NCBI GenBank assembly: GCA_963762255.1
Contig: CAVXKA010000002.1
Span: 96,001 to 160,000, forward strand
From: Candidatus Eiseniibacteriota bacterium
GTDB taxonomy: Bacteria; Eisenbacteria; RBG-16-71-46; JABDJR01
DNA: 64,000 nucleotides
Direction of reading: 5' to 3'
Part shown: piece after piece, positions 30,555-38,265 of the stretch
Position numbering within the stretch: position 1 is the stretch's first letter
Layout: each line of letters begins with the position of its first letter
Notes under the pieces: model-generated
Told to the model about the DNA's origin: nothing
What the model saw: the letters and a program-made list of their open reading frames with translations, nothing else
The model's database searches: none
Position numbers and translations under genes: made by a program

Positions 30555-32030
30555 ATGACCCGCACCTGGGATCGGCACGCTCTCGACCCGCTCTTCGAGC
30601 GGGGACTCGCGATCGCCCCTTCCGCTCCCGGTTTCGATGCCTATCGGGACGACGTGGTTATGGAGGGGCACCCCGACGCGGTGGCGCGTCCCCGAAGCGA
30701 AGCGGAGATCGCGGAGATCCTGACCCACGCTCATGCCCACTCGGTGCCCGTCACCTTCGCCGGCGGACAGACGAGCCTCACCGGGGGAAGCGTGGCCATG
30801 GATGGCCTGCTCGTCGCTCTGGAGAAGATGGACCGGCTCGTGGACGTCGGGCGCGACCCGGAAACGGGGGGCATGGTCGCCGTCGCGGAGCCGGGGATTC
30901 TCCTCGGAGATTTTCAGCGTGCTCTGGAGGATCGGGGATGGTTCTACCCTCCCGATCCCACCAGTCGCGACGAGGCGCAGCTCGGCGCCACGGTGGCGAC
31001 CAACGCGACCGGCGAGGACACGCTTCTCTACGGACCGACGCGTCGCTGGGTGCGCGAGCTTCGCGTGGTCACGGCGGACGGCGCGGTTCGTAGCCTGCGC
31101 AGACCGCGCGACAGCCGCCCGCCGGAAGAGAAGGCTACCGCCGGCTACTATCCGGCGGAGCACGAGATCGACCTCCTGATCGGCAGCGAGGGAACCCTGG
31201 CCGCGGTCACCCGCGTTACCGTGGATCTCATCGCGCGCCCGCCGGGTTTCTTCTCCGGGCTCGCGTTCTTCCCGTCGCTGGCGAGCGCGCTGCGGTTCGT
31301 GGTTGCGGCCCGCCGAGACGCGGGTCTTGAGCCGAGAGCCCTGGAGCTGTTCGATCGCGCGGCTCTCGAGATCGCGCGGGACAACCCGGAAGGCATCGTC
31401 TGGCCGGACGCCACCGGCGCCGCCATCGCTTTCAAGCAGGAGTACCGCGATGCCGTGGAGCGGGACTCGCGGCTGGACGCGTGGCTGGGCTCCATCGAAA
31501 CCTCGCTGAAGCTCGATGCTGCACGGGCCATGGCCGACGCGGTGGTGGTGATGGACGACCCGGCCGCCCGGGGACGACTCCGTGCCTTCCGGCATCGCGT
31601 TCCGGCCACGCTCAACGAAAGGGTGGGGAAGTACCGGCAGGAAGGGGGAGGGAAGCTGGGCACGGATTGGTGGGTACCGTACCCTGAGATCCCGGAGTTC
31701 CTGGAGGGGTGGCGGCGACGGCTCGAGGTTGAGAAGATCGAGACCGTAATGTTCGGCCACATCGGCAACGGACACCCGCACGTGAACTTTCTTCCACGCG
31801 ATGCGGACGAGAAGGAGCGGGTGCATGGTCTCCTCCTGGAGATGTGCCGCGGGGCGGTAGCGCTGGGAGGCGGGGTGGCGGGCGAGCATGGCCTGGGCAA
31901 GCTGAAGCGCGGTCTTCTGGCCGTGCAGTATCCCGAGGTCCGGATCGCGGCCATGCGCGAGATCAAGCGCCGGTGGGATCCGCACTGGATTCTGGGCCGG
32001 GGAAACCTGTTTCCCCCAGAGAATAGCTGA
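30555..32030 (+). CDS. FAD-binding oxidoreductase (GlcD/D-lactate dehydrogenase family)
   Basis: GGQTSLTGG, YPPDPTS, IGSEGTL, FGHIGNGHPH, GEHGLG. Confidence 0.88.
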   Translation: MTRTWDRHALDPLFERGLAIAPSAPGFDAYRDDVVMEGHPDAVARPRSEAEIAEILTHAHAHSVPVTFAGGQTSLTGGSVAMDGLLVALEKMDRLVDVGRDPETGGMVAVAEPGILLGDFQRALEDRGWFYPPDPTSRDEAQLGATVATNATGEDTLLYGPTRRWVRELRVVTADGAVRSLRRPRDSRPPEEKATAGYYPAEHEIDLLIGSEGTLAAVTRVTVDLIARPPGFFSGLAFFPSLASALRFVVAARRDAGLEPRALELFDRAALEIARDNPEGIVWPDATGAAIAFKQEYRDAVERDSRLDAWLGSIETSLKLDAARAMADAVVVMDDPAARGRLRAFRHRVPATLNERVGKYRQEGGGKLGTDWWVPYPEIPEFLEGWRRRLEVEKIETVMFGHIGNGHPHVNFLPRDADEKERVHGLLLEMCRGAVALGGGVAGEHGLGKLKRGLLAVQYPEVRIAAMREIKRRWDPHWILGRGNLFPPENS

Positions 32031-32057
32031 CCGTTTATCGTGTATCCTGGAGGTAAG

Positions 32058-34868
32058 TTGATCGCTATTGGAGTGGATCGCCTGCGCCTGAGCTTGCTCC
32101 TCATCCTTCTCGCCGCGGCGATGCCGCACGCGCTGTGTTGGGCGGAGCCGCCGGCCGACCCGGTCGAGGAAGCTCGAAAGGCCGAGCAGGAGGGTCGATG
32201 GAGCGAGGCCGTGGCGGCGTGGGAGAACCTGGCGCGCTCGGCGGGCACGAGCGATTCCGGGGAGGATCTGATCCGGGTCGGCGGGTTCCTTCGGGCTCTT
32301 GCCGCAACCGGACAGGTGGAGCGCCTCGATGCCGAAGCGGCGAAGGCTCTCGCCGCGCGACCCGGATGGGACGAGGCGGTCATCCTGCGCGCGCAGTCGC
32401 TGGAGGCGCGGGGCAAACCGGAAGACGGCGTGGAGCTCTTGAAGCCGCTCGCCGTGCGCTCGCTGCCGGCGGCGATGGAACGGGCGCGACTTCTGGAGGT
32501 GATCGGGCGCCGTGACGAGGCCGCGGAGATCGCCGCGGGAATCGTAAAGGCCTACAAGGCCGCCGACGCGTACACGGTGCGCGAGAAGGTGGCCATCGGC
32601 GACGCTGCGCGTGCGCGGGGCGACTTTCGGGGCGCGGCGCGCATGTACGAGTTGGCCTACACAGACAGCGCCGACTACGTCGAGGCGCGCGTGTGTCTCA
32701 TGCTTCTCTTCCGCGACAAGTCGCAGTCGCAACTCGCCGGGGACGAACTCGCAGCGCTCGGGCGGGTCGCGCCGAGGCATCCCGATGTGCTCCTGGCTGC
32801 CGCCCGCCTGGCCGCGCTCGGCACCGACCTGACCCGCGCGGAGAACGCGGCGAAGGCGGTGCTGGCCGTGCGCCCCGGAGACCCGGGCGCCGCATCGGTG
32901 CTGGCCCGCGTGGCGATGGCAAGCGAGCGCCCGCAGGATGCGCTGGCGCTCCTGGCTCCGGTGCTGGAGCGCAATCCCACCGACCGCGAGGCGAGAGCGT
33001 TCCATGCGGCCGCCTACTATCTGACCGCCGATTCCTCCGGCTACCACCGGGAGGTGGACCGCCTGCTCGAGCAGGATCCGGGCTACCTGGATGTCTTCCT
33101 CGATCTGGCGCGGATCCTCGAACAGTCCCGGCGCAACGACGAAGCGATCGCTCTCTACCGACGCGTGCTCGCGCGCGATCCGGAGAACGCGGACGCGCTG
33201 ACCGGAATGGGTCTCCTCGCCATGCGCGAGGGGCGTGAGGACGAGGCGCGCGGCTACCTGGAGCGCGGCTTCAAGGGCGATTCGTACAACATCCGCGCGT
33301 TCAACCAGCTCGAGCTGCTGGACAAGATGGACACCTTTGCAGTGTATCCGGGGAAGCGATTCACCCTGCGCATGGAGGCGGGACCCGACACGCTCCTGGC
33401 CCCGCTCCTCGAAGAGCGGCTCGGCCGTATCTACGACGATCTCGTCGCCAAGCACGGCTGGACGCCGCCGGTTCCCACGGTCGTCGAGGTGTTCCCCGAC
33501 CACGAATGGTTCAGCGCCCGGGTGACCGGCTTCCCGTGGCTCGGGGGAATCCCCGCGGTCTGCTTCGGCCACGTCGTGGCAATGGACTCGCCTCGCACGC
33601 TTTCGGGATCGAACAACTGGGAGCAGATCCTGCGCCACGAGTTCGGGCACGTGCTGGCGCTCGGCATGACCGACAAGAAGGTGCCGTTCTGGTTCACCGA
33701 GGGCCTGAGCGTTCACCTCGAGCAGTATCCTCGCGGGCTTCCGTGGGATCAGAACCTCGTCGCTGCTTACGTCGACGACGAGTTGGTCCCCGTGGACTCG
33801 CTCACCCTCGCCTTCACCCGCCCCCGCGACTTCGATCAGCGGTTGCTGGCCTATCACGAGTCGGGGCTCATCATCGACGATCTGGTGGCGCGCAAGGGTT
33901 GGAAGGTGATCCCCGCGCTCTTGCGCGCGTTCGGCGAGGGGAAGGATCTGCCCGAGGCGCTGCGCGAGGAGGCGGGCGAGAGCTACGAGGCATTCGCCGC
34001 GCGGGGTCTCGATGTCGTGAGAGAGCACGCCGCGGCGCTGTCGGTCTGGCCGGCGGCGAGCCTAGAGCGCGTGGAGCGACTCAAAGAGCGGGCGCCGAAG
34101 CACAAGGACGATGCGCGCTTCGTCGAGCAGCTTGCCCTGGCCTGGATCCAGGTCGAGCAGTTCGACGACGCGGCGGCGAGCGCGCGCCGGCTTCTCGCGC
34201 TGGAGCCGGACAATGCGCGGGCGCGCACCGTGCTGGGGCTGGTTGCCCGGCAGAAAGACCAGCCGGACAGCGCGCGCGTCTGGCTCGAAGATGCCGTTCG
34301 TTCGGGGAGCCGTGACGTTCCTGCCTACCTCGCTCTGGCCGAGATGGCGGCGGGAGCGGGGGACACAGCGGCCGCCTTGGCCCACTATGCGAAGGCTCTG
34401 GAGATCTACCCCTTCACCAGCACGGCGCTGCAGAGGCGTGCCGGGCTCTTCCTCGCGACGGGAGATACCGCTGCCGCGATCGACGAGTACGAGCGCCTCA
34501 TCGCGCAGGACGACTCCCAGGGGCAGCCGGCGATGGACCTGGCCCGCCTGGAACTGGCGCGCGGAAACGCCGAGGGCGCGGCGCGGTCCCTTGAGTACGC
34601 GGTGGCCGTGCTCCCGCTGGACGCCGACGTGGAAGCGCTGCGCGGGCAGGCGTATCTCCTGGAGGATCGCGACCAGGAAGCGTTTGCGCTCTTCACCAAG
34701 GCGCGCCGGCTCGACTTGAAGAGCGTCGAGTCGATGGCGGGGATGGCCGGCTACTACCTCAAGCGCGGCGACGTCGAGGAAGCGACCTACTTCGCCGAAC
34801 TCGCTCTCAAGTACGCGCCGCACCACCCCGCGGCGCTCCGAGTGCTTGCCGCCGCGCAGGCCTGGTAG
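32058..34868 (+). CDS. Secreted TPR protein with central peptidase MA (gluzincin) domain
   Basis: Signal peptide; TPR arrays flank HEFGH...PFWFTEGL; exact start uncertain (32040/32058/32073). Confidence 0.78.
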   Translation: MIAIGVDRLRLSLLLILLAAAMPHALCWAEPPADPVEEARKAEQEGRWSEAVAAWENLARSAGTSDSGEDLIRVGGFLRALAATGQVERLDAEAAKALAARPGWDEAVILRAQSLEARGKPEDGVELLKPLAVRSLPAAMERARLLEVIGRRDEAAEIAAGIVKAYKAADAYTVREKVAIGDAARARGDFRGAARMYELAYTDSADYVEARVCLMLLFRDKSQSQLAGDELAALGRVAPRHPDVLLAAARLAALGTDLTRAENAAKAVLAVRPGDPGAASVLARVAMASERPQDALALLAPVLERNPTDREARAFHAAAYYLTADSSGYHREVDRLLEQDPGYLDVFLDLARILEQSRRNDEAIALYRRVLARDPENADALTGMGLLAMREGREDEARGYLERGFKGDSYNIRAFNQLELLDKMDTFAVYPGKRFTLRMEAGPDTLLAPLLEERLGRIYDDLVAKHGWTPPVPTVVEVFPDHEWFSARVTGFPWLGGIPAVCFGHVVAMDSPRTLSGSNNWEQILRHEFGHVLALGMTDKKVPFWFTEGLSVHLEQYPRGLPWDQNLVAAYVDDELVPVDSLTLAFTRPRDFDQRLLAYHESGLIIDDLVARKGWKVIPALLRAFGEGKDLPEALREEAGESYEAFAARGLDVVREHAAALSVWPAASLERVERLKERAPKHKDDARFVEQLALAWIQVEQFDDAAASARRLLALEPDNARARTVLGLVARQKDQPDSARVWLEDAVRSGSRDVPAYLALAEMAAGAGDTAAALAHYAKALEIYPFTSTALQRRAGLFLATGDTAAAIDEYERLIAQDDSQGQPAMDLARLELARGNAEGAARSLEYAVAVLPLDADVEALRGQAYLLEDRDQEAFALFTKARRLDLKSVESMAGMAGYYLKRGDVEEATYFAELALKYAPHHPAALRVLAAAQAW

Positions 34869-34889
34869 CGAGAGGCGCGCTGCGGCCGC

Positions 34890-37331
34890 TTACGCCGTTC
34901 GCCACGGAACGAACGCCCGCGCGACCTCGGCGAGTTCCGCCAAACGCTCGTCCACCCGGCGGAAGAGCGTCCCTTCGGCGAAGCGATCGTCGGGACCGCG
35001 CCGGCCGGCGGGAAGCCCGGTCACCAGCTCGATGCCTTCCTCCACGTGTTGGATGGCGTAGATGTGGAATCTTCCCTCCCGCACCGCCCGCACAACCGCG
35101 GGGCGCAGCATGAGGTGGGGCAGGTTCGGCGCCGGAATGATCACGCCTTGGGCGCCGGTGAGACCGCGCGCGGCGCAGAGGTCGAAGAACCCCTCGATCT
35201 TCTCGTTCACGCCGCCTACCGCCTGCACCTGACCTTTCTGGTTCATGGAGCCGGTCACGGCGAGATCCTGGCGCACGGGAACATCGCCCAGCGCGGCGAG
35301 GAGCGCGAACATCTCCGCGGTCGAGGCACTGTCGCCGTCCACTTCGTCATAGGACTGCTCCAGGGTGAGGCTCGCAGCCAGAGTCAGCGGGCGTTCGCTC
35401 GCGAACTTCTGTCCCAGGTATCCGGTCAGGATCAGGATGCCCTTGTCATGGTGGCTCCCGGAAAGGCGAGCCATGCGCTCTATGTTGGCCACACCGCTAT
35501 GCCCGGCGGCCACGCTCGCGGTGATTCGGGTGGGGCGACCGAAACGGTGGTCCCCGACGTCGAGCACGGCGAGACCGTTCACCTGTCCGACCGCGGAACC
35601 CTCGGTGTCGATGAGGATCACCCCTTCGCGAATGAGGCGCTGCGTCTTCTCCTCGACGAGGTTCACCCGAGCGCGCCGCTCGTCCAGAGCACGATGGACG
35701 TCCTCGGATCCGATGGGGCCGGGGTGGCGCCGGCTCGCCCAGAACGCAGCCTCCCGGACGAGATCGCCCACCTCGGTGAAGCGGGTGGTGATGCGGCTGC
35801 GATGGCCGGCCAGGCGCACGCCGTATTCCACTACCGCGGCCACCCCCTCGGCGGTGTACGGGGGAAGCTCGTCCTGATCGCAGATCCCCCGGATCATGCA
35901 CGCATACTCCGTGATGGCCTGGGGTCCGAGCTCCATCTCGGTGTCGAACTCCGCTTTCACTTTGAATAGCTTTGAGAAGTCGGGGTCGAGGCTGAGCAGA
36001 TCGGAGTAGAGGTCGATGGTGCCGATCAGGATCACCTTGAGATCCACCGGCACCGCCTCGGGGCGAAGTGCGCGGGGCATGGGGGCAGCTGCGGCGTCCT
36101 CGGTCTCGACCTGCACCTGGCCGGTGCGCAGGGTGCGCTTGATGACGCCCCAGGCGCGCCCCTCTCCGTCGAGATCCTCGACGTGCAACACGAGGAATCC
36201 GCCATGGGCCTGGATCATGGAGCCCGACTTGATGTGGGTGAAGTCGGCGACCACCATTCCGTTCGAGCGGACCTCTCGATCCACGGTACCGCGGAGGTTC
36301 GACACGGTGGGGTTGTTCTCCGTCACCACCGGCCTCGCCGTGCGCCCCGTGTTGTCGAGGACGAGGTTCACTTGGAGCTTTCGGAACGAGGCCTCGGTCT
36401 CCTCGTCCTCGCTCTCGTCCTCATCGTCTCCGTTCTCTTCCTCGTCGGCGCGGAAGAGCCCCACCCGCGCCTCGAGGAAGGCTTCCACATCGCGCAGGTA
36501 GTCCACGACCTTGGCCACGTCCTGGTGCTCCTGATAGACACCGCTCAGGACCAGGTTCAAGTACGGACGCGCCAGTTCCTGATCGAGGGTGGCGAGATCG
36601 GCCTCTGCGTCCTGCACCAGACGGTGGGCGGCTTCGCTGAAGGAGCGCAGAGCCGGATCGAGCGCGTCGCGGGCATCGAAGAGACGACCCAGCTCCTCGG
36701 CGGGGAACTCCGACGCGTCCACCTTCGTCTCGAGGTCCTCGAACGCAACCGGCTCGTTGTCGACGAGGGGGAGCAACTCGGCCTCGGTGTGCTCGCCCAT
36801 CTCGACCTGCACCAGCACGAGACCGACATCGGACGCCTTGTTCCTGAGCGGGGTCGCCAGCTCATCCATGCGCGTGGAGTAGCGCTTCACCCGCGCGCGG
36901 CGGCGCTTCACATAGACGTCGCTCTGGAAGATGCGGGGAATCCCGTCGCGCAGTCGCTCCACCGCATCGCGGATCGCCTCGCGAAAGAGGGCCCCGCGTC
37001 CCGCCGGAAAACGGAGAAGCGTGGGGCGGTCGGGATCGTGGAAGTTGTAGACGAAGCAGAGATCCTCCGGGGCATATCCCGGATCCTGGTACCGGTCGAG
37101 AAGGTAGCGAACGGTTTCCGAGCGGTTGGTCCCCGGATCGCCGGCCACGTAGACGTTGTAGCCGTGCCCGCGCAGGGCCAGGCCCAGTTCGAGCGCACGG
37201 ACCGCGCGATTCTGCCCCGGGGTCACGGCGCATGGCGCCACTTCATCGGTGCTCGCGAAGCCCAACTGCGAGGGCGGCAGCGTCCACCGAAGCTGCTCCG
37301 GATCCACCCGCAAGCGGTCTATGGTATTCAT
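34890..37331 (-). CDS. Lon-like protease (LonC/AAA_32 type)
   Basis: GQNRA, QAHGGFL, LFKVKAEF, GQVNGL, DGDSAS (catalytic Ser), GGVNEKIEGFF (catalytic Lys). Confidence 0.9.
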   Translation of the reverse strand: MNTIDRLRVDPEQLRWTLPPSQLGFASTDEVAPCAVTPGQNRAVRALELGLALRGHGYNVYVAGDPGTNRSETVRYLLDRYQDPGYAPEDLCFVYNFHDPDRPTLLRFPAGRGALFREAIRDAVERLRDGIPRIFQSDVYVKRRRARVKRYSTRMDELATPLRNKASDVGLVLVQVEMGEHTEAELLPLVDNEPVAFEDLETKVDASEFPAEELGRLFDARDALDPALRSFSEAAHRLVQDAEADLATLDQELARPYLNLVLSGVYQEHQDVAKVVDYLRDVEAFLEARVGLFRADEEENGDDEDESEDEETEASFRKLQVNLVLDNTGRTARPVVTENNPTVSNLRGTVDREVRSNGMVVADFTHIKSGSMIQAHGGFLVLHVEDLDGEGRAWGVIKRTLRTGQVQVETEDAAAAPMPRALRPEAVPVDLKVILIGTIDLYSDLLSLDPDFSKLFKVKAEFDTEMELGPQAITEYACMIRGICDQDELPPYTAEGVAAVVEYGVRLAGHRSRITTRFTEVGDLVREAAFWASRRHPGPIGSEDVHRALDERRARVNLVEEKTQRLIREGVILIDTEGSAVGQVNGLAVLDVGDHRFGRPTRITASVAAGHSGVANIERMARLSGSHHDKGILILTGYLGQKFASERPLTLAASLTLEQSYDEVDGDSASTAEMFALLAALGDVPVRQDLAVTGSMNQKGQVQAVGGVNEKIEGFFDLCAARGLTGAQGVIIPAPNLPHLMLRPAVVRAVREGRFHIYAIQHVEEGIELVTGLPAGRRGPDDRFAEGTLFRRVDERLAELAEVARAFVPWRTA

Positions 37332-37501
37332 CCGTCGCCGTCTCCCCGCGTGGTTGGGCTGTGAGGCCCGGACGCGATCCAGGCTTGCTCCGACTCGATG
37401 CGCGTGTTGTAGTCTCGCCGTACTTCGGTGAGCCGCGCAGAGCATAACGGAGCGGGCCGCGGGTGGACACATCCCGCAGCGGCCTGGGCGAGGAGGGTAA
37501 G

Positions 37502-37669
37502 GTGCGACTGTATCCGCGCGTCGGCGCGTATCTGAACGGCGGACCGGCGGCCGCGCTCCTCGTCGGGAGCATCGCGGTCAAGGTGCTCGAGAAGTGCGCC
37601 GCGCCTGTCCTGATCGTCAAGGAGAAGGGGGAGACGTTGAATCTCCTCGAGGCGCTGCTTCCGCATTGA
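37502..37669 (+). pseudogene. C-terminal fragment of a universal stress protein
   Basis: LLVGSIAVKVLEKCAAPVLIVK matches the USP C-terminal motif; no N-terminal portion present. Confidence 0.55.
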
Positions 37670-37679
37670 GGCGAAGGGG

Positions 37680-37766
37680 TGGTGCCGGAGGCCGGACTTG
37701 AACCGGCACATCCTTGCGGACGGGGGATTTTGAGTCCCCTGCGTCTGCCAATTCCGCCACTCCGGC
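37680..37766 (-). tRNA. tRNA-Leu(CAA)
   Basis: GCCGGAG acceptor stem, anticodon loop CU-CAA-AA, long variable arm, GGUUCAAGUCC, encoded CCA; 87 nt. Confidence 0.97.
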
Positions 37767-37844
37767 ATCGGTGGGTCGGGCGGGACGGGTCAGGATTTTC
37801 CGGGCCGCGTGCGGGCTCTGTCAACCGTTCAACGAGACCCTCGG

Positions 37845-37861
37845 CTGGTACGGCTCTTGCT
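37845..37861 (+). promoter_or_regulatory. sigma54 (-24/-12) promoter
   Basis: CTGGTACGGCTCTTGCT vs consensus YTGGCACG-N4-TTGCW (one mismatch). Confidence 0.65.
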
Positions 37862-37926
37862 CTAATTCCGGATGGACTGCGCGCTGGGCAGTATGCGCCC
37901 CCCGGCAGATCTGGAAAGGCAGCACC

Positions 37927-38085
37927 GTGACCCCGATCGATCTTCAAGAACCCGCCGTCCCTGCGGGGATGGATTCCTTCCCAACCGATGATGCCGCCGT
38001 GCTTTCCGAGGACATCGCCGCTGCGCTCGGAGAGGGGACGCTCTACCTCCGCCTGGATGCCGCCGCGGTCTGGCTGGTCGACTAG
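37927..38085 (+). CDS. Small acidic hypothetical protein (52 aa)
   Basis: GAAAGG SD + GTG, coding-like codon usage, downstream of sigma54 motif. Confidence 0.5.
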   Translation: MTPIDLQEPAVPAGMDSFPTDDAAVLSEDIAAALGEGTLYLRLDAAAVWLVD

Positions 38086-38100
38086 AGAGGCAGACACCAG

Positions 38101-38214
38101 TCCGTCTCGCACCGGGACCGGTACCCGAGGTCGCAGGGGGGAAGGGCGTATGCGCGGACCTGCTTCCCGGTCTCGTTGGGTACATTGGTTCCAGCATTCG
38201 ACCACTCGCACGGA
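38101..38214 (+). other. Long imperfect hairpin / candidate structured RNA between convergent genes
   Basis: Nested helices TCCGT/ACGGA, GGGACCG/TGGTTCC, GTACCCGA/TTGGGTAC, GGGAAG/CTTCCC. Confidence 0.4.
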
Positions 38215-38265
38215 GATTCGAGCCCCAAGGCGGATCGTGGGAAAGGATCGTTCAAGTAGGCCGCT

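Noticed and set aside
30468-34028. 1186-aa minus-strand ORF and similar long ORFs (47154..49682, 43867..46377, 38410..40797, 52273..54051)
   Set aside because: Antisense shadows of well-supported genes, expected at this GC content; no recognisable motifs
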